Under the pieces are notes generated by a model. The model was given only the letters and a program-made list of their open reading frames with translations. It made no database searches and was not told the DNA's origin. DNA of 64,000 nt. Source: an uncultured Thermoleophilia bacterium (GTDB taxonomy: Bacteria; Actinomycetota; Thermoleophilia; UBA2241). Below, one piece after another: positions 24,438 to 34,836 of this stretch (positions are counted from its first letter, which is position 1; every line of letters begins with the position of its first letter). The stretch covers positions 611,795 to 675,794 of the forward strand of contig CAVQSP010000013.1 in NCBI GenBank assembly GCA_963715985.1. Reading direction: 5' to 3'. A program made the translations under genes and the position numbers.

Positions 24438-27400
24438 GTGGGTGACAGAAGTGAGGAAGTAGTCACCTACCTGCCGGCCTTCCTCGTGCACACGGTCGCA
24501 GGGCAGCCGGCGTCCGGTCTCCCGTGGTACGTGGAGGTCGACGGTACGATGGTCATGGCCGACCTCTCCGGCTTCACCGCGCTCTCCGAGCGGCTCGCCC
24601 GTCTGGGCGATGAGGGTGCCGAGCGCCTGACCGACGTCATCAACTCGTTCTTCGAGAAGATGCTCAAGACGGCGTCGCGCTTCGGCGGCGACACCCTCAC
24701 CTTCGGCGGCGACGCCATCCTGCTGCTCTTCGACGGGCCCGAGCACGCCACCCGGGCAGCCGTCGCAGCGCTCGAGATGCTGAAACAGGTCCACCGTGCG
24801 GCCGCGATCGAAGCCGATGACGGCAAGGTCAAGATCGGCATGTCGGTCGGCGCCCACAGCGACAGGTTCGTGCTCGCCGGCGCCGGCCTGGCCGACGAGC
24901 GCGCCCACCTTGTCGTGATCGGCCGCGGCGCCGAGCTGACTGCTCTCGCCGAGGCGCAGGCCGAACGTGGCCAGTTGGCTGTCTCATCCAGCTGCAAGGA
25001 TTTGCTCCCGAACGGGTCGACGGTCGTGCCGACCGGCGACTTCTGGCGCATCGAGGAGTCGGGGGCCCGTGCGCTGCCGCGCCTCGCCTGCGAAGGCACG
25101 TCGATCTCCGACAGGCAACTCCGACAGCTCAGCCCCTTCCTGCCCTCTTACGCCCGCATGACGAAGGGGCGCGGGGAGGAGAGGATGCAGCTCATGCCTG
25201 AGCACAGACGCGCGGTGATTGTCTTCGTCAACATCCTCGGCCTGAACGACGTGATCGCGCGAGACGGCCCCGGTGCTGCCGTCGAGCAGCTGCAAGCCTA
25301 CGCAGCCGTCCTGACCAGGCTGGCGGTGCGGCATCGGGGCTTCGTCGTGAGCAGCGACATCGCCACTAAGGGCTCCAAGCTGATCGTCACCTTCGGTGCG
25401 CCGGTGGCCCACGAGTACGCTCCGGCCAACGCCTGCCGCTTCGCCCTCGACCTGGACGACGAGCTACGACGTTCCGGGCTGGGTCTTGCCCACAGGATCG
25501 GAGTCAACGGCGGGCACGTCTTCGCAGGGGAGGTCGGTCCGTCGTTCCGGCGGCAGTACACGGTGATGGGCGATGCGGTGAATCTGGCGGCCCGGCTGAT
25601 GGGCGCTGCCGAACCGGGAAACGCGCTTGTCAGCCGCACGCTGTTGAACTACGTGAGCTCCGACCTGTGCGCGCGTGAGTTGCCGCCCATCAAGGTGAAG
25701 GGCAAGGAGAAGCCAGTCGCGGTCTGCGTGCTTGAGGCGGAAGAACCGGAAGGTCCCCACATCCACGGCGGCATGGGAAGGACCCCCAGTGAAGGACGCC
25801 TTTTCGGCCGGCGGGCCGAGCTTGACCGGCTGGCGCGGAGTTGGGAGCGGGCGCGCCGCGGCAAGGGACGGGCGGTCCTCATCGCAGGCGATGCAGGCGT
25901 TGGCAAGACACGGTTGCTCGAAGAGGGCCTGCAGGCGATGTCCGCCGGCGACCGGGTGTACCGTGCCGCCTGCTTCGAGCACCTGCAGGCGGTCCCGCTG
26001 GCGCCTTGGGTCGAGCTCCTGCAGCCTATCCTCGGCGTCTCCCGGACCGAACCGACGAGCCAGCGTACGAGCAAAGTGGGCGCGCATCTCGAAGCCCATC
26101 TGCCGGATTTCGTCGAGTTCGGTTCGCTGCTCAATCCCTTGCTGAACGTGACGCTACCGCAGAGTCAGGTCATTGGATCGCTCGACGCGCAAGCGCGGCG
26201 CGAGAAGCTGTTCGAGGTGATTGCGAGTGTCGTAACGGAGGCCGCCGGCGTCCGCGGCCTTGTCATCGGGGTTGAGGACGTGCACTGGATGGACGAGAGC
26301 TCGCTCGCGCTCGCTGCTCACCTCGCGCGCGAGGTCTCGGGGACTCGCGTCCTCTTGCTGCTCACCACACGGCCAACCGACGTTCATGTCGACCTCGGAC
26401 CGGCGGCGACAACGATGGTCCTGGCCGAGCTCTCGGCGCCGGAGTCGCTCGCCATGATGCGCGATGCGTTGCGGGTGGCCGACCTGCCGGCTGAGGTGGG
26501 CGAGGCACTCTACGCCAAGACGAGGGGCAACCCTCTCTTCCTCGAGGAGGTCATCTACTCGCTGCGGGCGCCAGTCGTGCTCGAGCGCATTCTGGGCGCC
26601 TCGTCGGTAGCGCGCGCGGCGGAGCTAGCCGCTCTGGAGATCCCCGACCGGGTGCAGGGCCTGCTCATGTCGCGCATCGATCGGCTGCCGCCCGATACGA
26701 GGGAGGTGCTCAAGGCCGGGTCGGTCGTCGGCCGCTCGTTCGATGATGCCGTGCTGAGCGGGATCGACGACGAGCTGCTGCGCGCCGTTTCCGTGCAGCG
26801 GGCGCTCGACGAGTTGATCGAGGCGGCCCTGGTGGTGTCGGGCGAGGACGGTGACACCAGAGCCGTGAGCTTCCGCCACGCTCTGGTGCAGGACGTCGCC
26901 TACGAGAGCCTGCCGTTTGCCCGCCGCCGTCAGCTGCACGGCCACGTGGCGCGCTACCTTGAAGCCACCCAGACGGTCCCCGACCATGGCCTGCTGGTGC
27001 ACCACTACCGTCACGCGTGCGATGCCGGCAAGACCCGCATTCACGCGGTCCGCGCATCGGAGTCTTCGGTCGCGGTCTACGCGAACCTGGAGGCCATCGA
27101 CTACCTCGCCGTTGCGCTCGACACCGCCACGAGCCGGACGCCGCACGACGCCTGTCTCCGCAGCCGCTCTCGAGGAGCTCATGGGCGACAGCCTCGAGAC
27201 GCTCGCCCGCTACGACGAAGCGGTCGCCAGCTTCTCGCAGGCCCGGCGGCGCTGGGCGTCGCTTGCGGTGCGAGCGGTCGCCGAGTCGGTGCTGTCCGAG
27301 CTGTCGCCCATCGACGAGGCCGACGCCCGCGACAGCCTGCTGTGCTGGAAGATCGCCGTAGCCATGGAACGCGGGCGCGGCGCCTACACTCAGGCCCTCC

Positions 27401-28470
27401 GCTGGCTTGAAAAGGGGGTGGCGGCGCTGCCGCCGGATCACCTGCGTCTGACCGCGCGGCTGCGGATCACGAGAGGCGGCTTTCTCTCCCGACTCGGTCG
27501 CTTCCGGGAAGCCGTCGAAGTCGGGGAAGAGGGTGTCGCGCTGGCTCGGCAGGACGGCGACGCCGCCCTCCAGGCCTACGGCCTGACCTTGCTCGGCGTC
27601 GCCTTCGACGGTCTTGGCAACTTCGACCGCAGCCTCGCCTGCCACGCCGAGGCCGTCAAGCTCTACGAGCAGGCCGGCGACCTTCACGGTCTGGCCATGA
27701 GCCATGGCAACCTGGCGGACAGCTTCTTCTTCCTCGGCGATCTTCGGGCCGCGCTCGAACACGACGAGCTCTCGCTGGCCTTGCACGCGCGCATCGGGAG
27801 CGCCAGCTGGATCGCAAGAGAGCACGCCAACCTCGGCGTGGTGCTCCTCCAGATGGGCGAGGTGGAGGGGGCGCTCGAGCACCTCCAGGAGGCGCTGAGG
27901 CTGCGATCCTGCCAAGGCGTCAATCCAGTGGTCATCGGCATGGCGCTCGTCTTCCTCTGTCAGACTCACCTGTGCTCGGGGGACATCGAGGCGGCGTCGC
28001 GAGAGATCGCCGAGGGACGGCGAGTGCTGGAGGGCATCAATTCCCGCGGCCTCCTGCTCGACGTCGGCATCGCGGAGGCCGAGCTTCATCAGGCGAAGGG
28101 TGAGCTGGAGGAGGCCGCGGAGTCGTGCCGCTGGGTCCTGGCCGAAGCGACGTCGATGGGGGCGGAGCTGAACCAGGTGCAGGCCTTGTGTGCGCTCGGC
28201 CGGGTGCAGATTGCACAGGGCGTTCCGGAGGCCGCGATCACCGGGCTCGAAGCGGGTGTCACGCTGGCCGAGAAGATCGGCGCCGGCTATGAGCGGGCGC
28301 GCACGCTCGCCGCGCTTGCCGAGGCCCGGGCGTCTTGCGGCGGCTCGGGCGAACCTTGCGAGCGCCCGTTGGCCGAGGCGATCCGCTTGTTCGAGGAGAT
28401 GGGTGCGCGCTACGACCTGGACCAGGCTTTGGGCGCGCGCGAGCGCCTCCAAGCGGTGGCTGGAGACTGA
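24438..28470 (+). CDS. Soluble adenylyl cyclase (sAC)-like protein: two class III cyclase domains + STAND NTPase + TPR (apparent frameshift near 27165)
   Basis: C1 MADLSGFT...FGGDA; C2 GVNGG...YTVMGDAVNLAARL; Walker A GDAGVGKT, EDVHWMDESS, GNPLFLEE, FRHALVQDVAY; TPR tail in ORF 26917..28470. Confidence 0.88.
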
Positions 28471-28509
28471 CGATGGAAGACGGAGCATGACGAGGCGGAA
28501 GGGCGCGAC

Positions 28510-30417
28510 ATGACGTCGCCGAGGCGCGTCCAGAAAGCCCTGCTCATCGGCCTGGACTGCGCCGTGCCGGGCCGCTGGCGCAAGTACGCCGAGGCCGGCC
28601 TGCTGCCGGTGGGGCAGCGCCTCCTCGCGGACGGCTGCTTCGTCGCCACGTGCCTGCCGGCGATGCCCACGCTCACCACGACGAACTGGGCGACGATCGC
28701 CACGGGCGCGTGGCCCGGCACCCACGGCATCACCGACTTCAACCCGTACCGGCCCGGCGACGGTGCCGACGACAGCTTGCAGGGCTTCGACGCCCGTGAC
28801 GTGCAGGCCGAGTTCGTCTGGGAGGCGGCGGTCCGCGCCGGGCTGGACAGCATCGTCGTCAACTGGCCGGGGAGCTGGCCGCCGCGCGAGGCGCCGGCCG
28901 GGCTCGCCCGCGGGCGAGGCCGCGGACGGCAGCCGCCCGGCCGGCGAGATCGCGGACGGCGGCCGCCCGGCCGGCGCAGCCACGCCGGGCCGTCTGACTC
29001 TCGTGGGCGGCGCCGGCATCGAGCTGAACGAGTGGCGCATCGGCCTGCCCGGCATGGAGCGGCGCGTGGCGCTCGCCTCCGAACAGCGCTTCTCGACCGC
29101 CGACGAGCCGCGCGCTCATCGGGTGACGCTGCCGCCGAGCGGCGAACCGTTCGAACTGCCGTTGGCGTTGCGCGACGGGTACGACGAGGTGCGCTCCGAC
29201 GTGACCCTGGTCTGCCGCGTCGTCGCGCGAGGCGACCGTCCTGCGGCGCGCTTCTCGCTGGCGGGCGACGACGAGGCGCTCGCCGAGCTCGCCGCAGGCG
29301 AGTGGAGCGAGCGCCTCGAGCTGCCGCTCGCCGTGGACGGCGCCACCGTGACCGGCGTGTTCCGGCTCAAGCTCCTGGAGCTCGACCCTGGGGCCGGTCT
29401 GTTCCGCCTCTACGTCACCGACGTGTGCCGCCAGAATTGGCTGGAGGAGCCGGCCGGCGTGTCTCGGCGACGCGTCCCGCTTCGCCGGCCTGCCGACGCC
29501 CGGCGTCGGCTGGGACTCCCTCGGCTTGGGCTGCATCGACCTCGACACCTTCGTCGAGCTCACGGGCATGGCCACCACCTGGCTGGCCGACGTCTGCGCC
29601 GGCCTCGTCGGCGAGCGCCCCTGGGACCTGTTCTGCGTGCACTTCCATGCCATCGACTCGTTCTACCACCTGTGCTCGGAGAAGCTCGACGAGCGGTTGA
29701 CGCCGGATCCCGAGGAACGCCGGCGCTACGAGGCCGCGGAGGTCGCCGTCTACCGGCAGCTCGACGATGCCGTCGGCCACATCCTGGCCGCAGTGGACGA
29801 GCCCGCACTGACGGTGCTCGTCTCCGATCATGGAGCCGTTCCGTCCGGGCCACCGCTGCCCCTGCGGCGGATCCTTGCGGCCGCGGGTCTGCTGACGGCG
29901 GAGGACCACGGCGGCCGCGACCTCGCCGAGATCGATTGGCGGCACACGCTCGCGGCGCCACAAGGCAGCTGCTTCATCAGGCTGAACCTGGAGGGCCGCG
30001 AGCCGCACGGCATCGTCGCGCCCGACGCGTTTGAGAACGTCCGCCGGCGCGTCATCGAGGCGCTGCTGGCCTATCGCGACCCGGCGACAGCGCAGCTGCC
30101 CGTTCTCTCTCGTCATCCCCAAGGACGAGGCCGTGACCCTGGGCCTGTTCGGAGACGGCGTCGGCGACGTCGTCTACGCCGTCCACCCCGAGTACTGCGA
30201 GGCGCACGGCCAGATGCTGCCCCAGGCCACCAGAGAGCCCGGCGCCTGGGGCATGCCTGCACTCTGCCTGTTCTCCGGCGCCGGGGTGCGGGCCGGGCAC
30301 ATCGTGGAGGCTCCCGCCGCGCTCACAGACGTCGCCCCCACCATCTGTCAGGCACTGGGCATCCCAGCACCATCGAACGCGGACGGGTCACCGCTGCCTC
30401 ACCTTGTCACCGGCTGA
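28510..30417 (+). CDS. Alkaline phosphatase superfamily, type I phosphodiesterase/nucleotide pyrophosphatase (apparent frameshifts near 28910, 29465, 30095)
   Basis: LLIGLDCA, PTLTTTNWATIATGAWPGTHGITDF (Thr nucleophile), D..YH, VSDHG, C-terminal DVAPTICQALG. Confidence 0.82.
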
Positions 30418-30461
30418 CAGCGGAGCTCGAGCCCACTGAAGACGGAGGGCTCGTCGCCCGA

Positions 30462-30929
30462 CTACTCCTTCTGCATGTCGCGCACCATCGCGAGCAGCCC
30501 GCGGGCGAGGCCGATGCCGATGGACGGCTCCTCCTTCACCAGCTTGAGGAAGGCGGTACGCCCGATGCGCGCCGTGGTGAGCACGCCGGTCGCGGTCACG
30601 GTCGCCGCACGCGGCGCGCCGTCGAGGAGCGCCAGCTCGCCGAAGTAGTCGCCTTCGATCAGCTTGCGAGTGTGGCCGGCGGGCGTCTCCACCAGGGCGC
30701 CGCCGTCGAGGATGACGTACATGGCGTCACCGCGCGCCCCGGCACGCACCACTGCGGTGTCCTTCTTGAAGCGCTTCATCTCGGCGAGGCGGCCGACGCG
30801 GCGCAGGTGGCGCTGCGACAGCGCCTGGAAGAGGGGGACGCGCCCCAGTACGGGCAGCCATCCGGGATGCAGTGAATCGGTCGCGCTGTTCACGAAGGCT
30901 TGGATCCCAGAGACACTCCGCGCCTTCAT
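30462..30929 (-). CDS. Stand-alone cyclic nucleotide-binding domain protein
   Basis: VPLFQAL...G..GDAMYVILDG...GDYFGELALLDGAPRAATV; no HTH; AAAGGAG RBS. Confidence 0.88.
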   Translation of the reverse strand: MKARSVSGIQAFVNSATDSLHPGWLPVLGRVPLFQALSQRHLRRVGRLAEMKRFKKDTAVVRAGARGDAMYVILDGGALVETPAGHTRKLIEGDYFGELALLDGAPRAATVTATGVLTTARIGRTAFLKLVKEEPSIGIGLARGLLAMVRDMQKE

Positions 30930-31138
30930 CGAGGCTCCTTTCCCCGAGCGGGCCCCGGCGGACGAGAGGGGGCGACGCGTGGCGACCAACGCGATCCGGC
31001 CACCTGCGTCGCGTCCTTCCTGAGGTGAGGCCCCATCCGCGCTGAGTATATGCCTTGCCGGGGCGCGCGCCGTTGCGTAGCGCCCATCGGGTACGCTGTA
31101 GCGCACTGTGCCCGCGCCGAAGAGGGGAGGCCGGTCGA

Positions 31139-31516
31139 ATGAGCGAGGCGGATGCAGAAGCGGTGCTCGACGGTCACACGCCTGAGGTCTACGGCCTCGC
31201 GCAGTGGCTGCGGCGGGCCGTGAAGTCGGCGGACCGCGACCTGCGCGAGCGCGTCTACAAGGGCTGGCACGGCTTCGGCTACCACCACCCGGACGCCGGC
31301 TACGTGTGCGCCGTCTTTCCGCGCGAAGACGACGTGCTGCTGGCCTTCGAGCACGGCGCCGACCTCGCCGATCCCGAGGGGCGCCTGGCCGCGGGCGGCA
31401 AGCAGGTGCGCTCCCTCGTCTTCACCGAGCGCAGCTCGCACCCGTTCGCGGTCATCCGCGGCTTCGTGAGGGCGGCCGTGGAGGACGGCGTGAGGCGCCG
31501 TCAGTCCGGCCGCTGA
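31139..31516 (+). CDS. DUF1801 domain protein, copy 2
   Basis: 7 differences in 378 nt versus 15457..15834 by manual comparison. Confidence 0.75.
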   Translation: MSEADAEAVLDGHTPEVYGLAQWLRRAVKSADRDLRERVYKGWHGFGYHHPDAGYVCAVFPREDDVLLAFEHGADLADPEGRLAAGGKQVRSLVFTERSSHPFAVIRGFVRAAVEDGVRRRQSGR

Positions 31517-31544
31517 GGCGCCCGCCTGTGCTAGCATCGCGGCC

Positions 31545-31928
31545 ATGAGCGAGGAGCCCACCTTTCTCTTCTCCGGGTACGCGCGGCTGCCGCAGGACGT
31601 GAGTCACCAGGCCATGTACAAGCGCGTGGGCGTGGTGCTGGAGGTCGACGCGGCCGGCGAGGTGGTGGCCTGCAGCACCACGCTGATGATGCCGGTGGCC
31701 TCCGACTTCTTCGGGCGCCTTCTGGTGGGACGCAACGTGCTCTCCGAACGCCGCGAGATCGAGGCTCTCGTCCGCTACCGCTACCGCGGCCACTCCCAGG
31801 GTGCGCTGATCTCGGCGCTCCACAAGGCGTTCGAGGCCGTCGACCAGAGCCCGCTCGTCTCCCCGGAGGCCCACGTCACCTCCGAGGCCGGCCGTGGCAC
31901 AGACTCCGAGACGGAGACGCTCGGCTAG
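31545..31928 (+). CDS. DUF3870-like protein
   Basis: FSGYARLPQ....YKRVGVVLEVD..GEVVACSTTL.....RYRGHSQGALISAL pattern recalled for this family. Confidence 0.7.
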   Translation: MSEEPTFLFSGYARLPQDVSHQAMYKRVGVVLEVDAAGEVVACSTTLMMPVASDFFGRLLVGRNVLSERREIEALVRYRYRGHSQGALISALHKAFEAVDQSPLVSPEAHVTSEAGRGTDSETETLG

Positions 31929-32103
31929 CCGTCTCTCGCCTGCTGCTCGCGTGCCCGGCGCCGTCGCGCTTTCGTCCTCTCCCGACCCTGCTCCGCTCCG
32001 CGTACCCCGTTTCACCCCATGCGGGTGAGGAGCGCGCTCCCCGGCGCCGCATATCGTCCGCGTGAGACCCGTGCTTGAGACCCACGCCACCCGAGGAGGG
32101 ACC

Positions 32104-32406
32104 ATGGCCACCACCGTCCGCGAGCCCGTCCGTGTTGCCGCCGTCGAGGGGCCGCCCGCGCCGGCCCAGAGGATCCGCGTTCCGGCGTGCGCAGACTGTG
32201 CGCACGCGCAGCTCTTCGCGGTGCAGCCCCGCGCCGTGTGCGCACGTGCGGAGGGTGACGGGTCGGGAAGGGCCCTGTTCGCCGGCCAGCCCGCTTGCGC
32301 GGCGATGACGCCGCGCGGCGCCGACGACCTCTCGCTGGCGTGGTGCACGCCGGGCGCCAAGACGATGCACTCACGCTTCCTCACCGTTCCGCCGCGCATG
32401 ATCTGA
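32104..32406 (+). CDS. Small Cys-rich hypothetical protein
   Basis: GAGGAGG RBS; CADC..C..C..C. Confidence 0.55.
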   Translation: MATTVREPVRVAAVEGPPAPAQRIRVPACADCAHAQLFAVQPRAVCARAEGDGSGRALFAGQPACAAMTPRGADDLSLAWCTPGAKTMHSRFLTVPPRMI

Positions 32407-32598
32407 CGCGGCGGTCGCGGTCCCGGCCGATCTCCCCGGGGCCGAGCGGCGTGCCGTCCCCCCGGGACGCCGGGTGCCGTCGCCGGCGGCCGTGACCATC
32501 ACGGCCGCCGGCCTGCGGCACGTACTGTCACCAGACGGTGACATCCTCCCCTCGCGGACGTAGACTCCTGCTACCGGGGGTCGTTGGAGGGGAGCGAG

Positions 32599-34812
32599 GT
32601 GACCGAGGCCGGAGAGACCGCGGCGGGCTGCCTGCCCGCCAAACTCAGTCCGCCGGGTGCGCGCGTGCGCACCGTGGAGCGGCGCACGCTGCTCGACGCT
32701 CTCGGGCGCACCACCGAGCCGCTGGTGGTGCTGTGCGCGCCGGCAGGGACGGGCAAGACCACCGCGCTTCGGCAGTGGATCGAGAGAGACGGCGGGCCGG
32801 CGGCGTGGGTGCAGATCGACGAGGCCGACGCCGACCCGGTGGTGCTGCTCATCTACCTCACGCGAGCGCTCTCCGCGGTGGTCGACGTCGACCCGGCCGT
32901 GGAGCCGGCGCTGCAGGTCGGCGTGCCGCCGCTGCGCGAGCGCATCATGCCGCTGCTCGGCGAGGCGCTGGCCGCGGCACCCCCGTTCACGCTGGTGCTG
33001 GACGACGCGCACCTTCTGAGGGACTCCAGGGCGTGGGAGGTCGTTGACTTCACGCTGCGCGGCCTGCCGCCGGGTGCGCGGCTGGCGCTGGGCACACGCA
33101 GTGACCCGCCGCTGCACCTTGCGCGCCTCCGCGCCGCCGGTGAACTTGCGGAGTTCGGCGCGCACGAGCTGGCCTTCGACCGGGACGAGACGGTCGAGAT
33201 GCTGCGGCTGCACGATATCGCCATCGGCGACGACGACGTCGATGCCTTGATCGCCGCGACGGAAGGCTGGGCGACCGGTCTTCAGCTCGCGTGCCTGGCC
33301 GCGGCAGGCCGATTGCCTGCCGAGTGGCTGCCGCAGGTGCGCGGCGACCGTCGCGCCGTGGCCTCCTATTTCGCCGACGAAGTGCTCGACCGCCAGCCCG
33401 CCGACGTGCAGGACTTCCTCTTGCAGACTTCGGTGCTCACCGAGCTCACGCCGGCGCTGTGCAAGTTGGTCACGGGACGGGACGACGCCGGCGAGCTCCT
33501 CGCCCGCGTGACGCGCGAGGAGCTCTTCGTCGTCCCGCTCGGGGACGCGGCCTCCCACTACCGCTACCACCACCTCTTCGCGGAGATGCTGGAGGCGGAG
33601 CTGGAGCAGCGGCATCCGGGCCGCCCGGCCGAGTCGCACCGCGTCCTCGCGGACTGGTACGCGGGGCGCGACGACGCCGACGCCGCCGTGCAGCACCTCC
33701 TGGCGGCGGGGGACGTCGCGGCAGCGGGGGACATGGTCGCGGCATCGTGGCCGGCGATGTGGTCGCGCGGCCAGGTGGAGACGGTGCGGCGCTGGCTGGA
33801 GTCGTTCACGGACCGGCAGATCCTGGCCCAGCCTGCGCTCACGCTCACGGCGGGCTGGATCTACACGGCCATCGACGCCGGCGAGCTCGGGGCGCGCTGG
33901 GGCAAGGCGGCCTGCAGCGCGCCCACGAGCGACGCCCCGTCGCCGGACGGCGCCGCGTCGCTGCGCTCGTCGCAGGCGCTGCTGCGGGCCACGGTCGCGC
34001 CGGAGGGCGTGCGCCGCATGCGCGAGGATGCGGAGCTGGCGGCGAAGCTGGAGACCTCACCGGCGACGAACTGGTACGCGGAAGCGCAGGTATCGCTGGG
34101 CGTGGCGCGCTGGCTGTCGGGCTCCGCCCAGCGCGCCGTGCATCCGCTGACGGTCGGCGCCCAGGAGGGCTCGGCGCACAACGAATCAGCCGAGCTCGCC
34201 GCTCTTGGGTACCTTGCGCTCATCGCCATCGACGAGGGCGACTGGGAGGCAGCCGCGGAGCACGAGGCACACGCGACCGCGCGCCTCGCCGAGCTCGGAT
34301 TCGGCACCCACCGGCGCTGCCTGCCGATGCTGCTGGCCCGCGTCAAGCTGAGGGGCCGCGACGGGCAGGCCGATGTGGTGGAGGCGGCCGGCGACGTGGA
34401 CCGCCTGCTCAAGCACATGGTGCCGCACCCCTGGATGCCGCTGCTCGCGGCGGTCGTGCTCGGCGAGGCGGCCATCGAGCGCGGGGACATGGAGACGGCC
34501 GGCGTGCACGCGGCTGTGGCCGCCGCCCTTCTGGAGCGCTACCCGGACGCGGGCATCCTGCGGCGCCGCGTCGAGCACCTGCGCGGCGCCGTGGAACTCA
34601 CGCGCGGCGCCGAGCCGATCACCCCGGCCGAGCGCCGCGTACTCGAGCTGCTGCCGACTCACCTCTCCGAGCAGCAGATCGCCGAGCAGCTCTACGTGTC
34701 GCGCAACACGGTCAAGTCGCACGTCAGGAGTCTGTACCGCAAGCTCGCCGTGGCCTCGCGGGCGGACGCCGTGCAGCGCGCCCGCGACACCGGGCTGCTG
34801 CCGCCGGTCTGA
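32599..34812 (+). CDS. MalT-like (LAL/STAND) LuxR-family transcriptional regulator
   Basis: Walker A APAGTGKTT, LVLDDAH, TEGWATGL, YRYHHLF, C-terminal LuxR HTH ITPAERRVLELL...IAEQLYVSRNTVKSHVRSLYRKL. Confidence 0.92.
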   Translation: MTEAGETAAGCLPAKLSPPGARVRTVERRTLLDALGRTTEPLVVLCAPAGTGKTTALRQWIERDGGPAAWVQIDEADADPVVLLIYLTRALSAVVDVDPAVEPALQVGVPPLRERIMPLLGEALAAAPPFTLVLDDAHLLRDSRAWEVVDFTLRGLPPGARLALGTRSDPPLHLARLRAAGELAEFGAHELAFDRDETVEMLRLHDIAIGDDDVDALIAATEGWATGLQLACLAAAGRLPAEWLPQVRGDRRAVASYFADEVLDRQPADVQDFLLQTSVLTELTPALCKLVTGRDDAGELLARVTREELFVVPLGDAASHYRYHHLFAEMLEAELEQRHPGRPAESHRVLADWYAGRDDADAAVQHLLAAGDVAAAGDMVAASWPAMWSRGQVETVRRWLESFTDRQILAQPALTLTAGWIYTAIDAGELGARWGKAACSAPTSDAPSPDGAASLRSSQALLRATVAPEGVRRMREDAELAAKLETSPATNWYAEAQVSLGVARWLSGSAQRAVHPLTVGAQEGSAHNESAELAALGYLALIAIDEGDWEAAAEHEAHATARLAELGFGTHRRCLPMLLARVKLRGRDGQADVVEAAGDVDRLLKHMVPHPWMPLLAAVVLGEAAIERGDMETAGVHAAVAAALLERYPDAGILRRRVEHLRGAVELTRGAEPITPAERRVLELLPTHLSEQQIAEQLYVSRNTVKSHVRSLYRKLAVASRADAVQRARDTGLLPPV

Positions 34813-34836
34813 CGGCGCGGGCCTGAGGCCCGCCCG

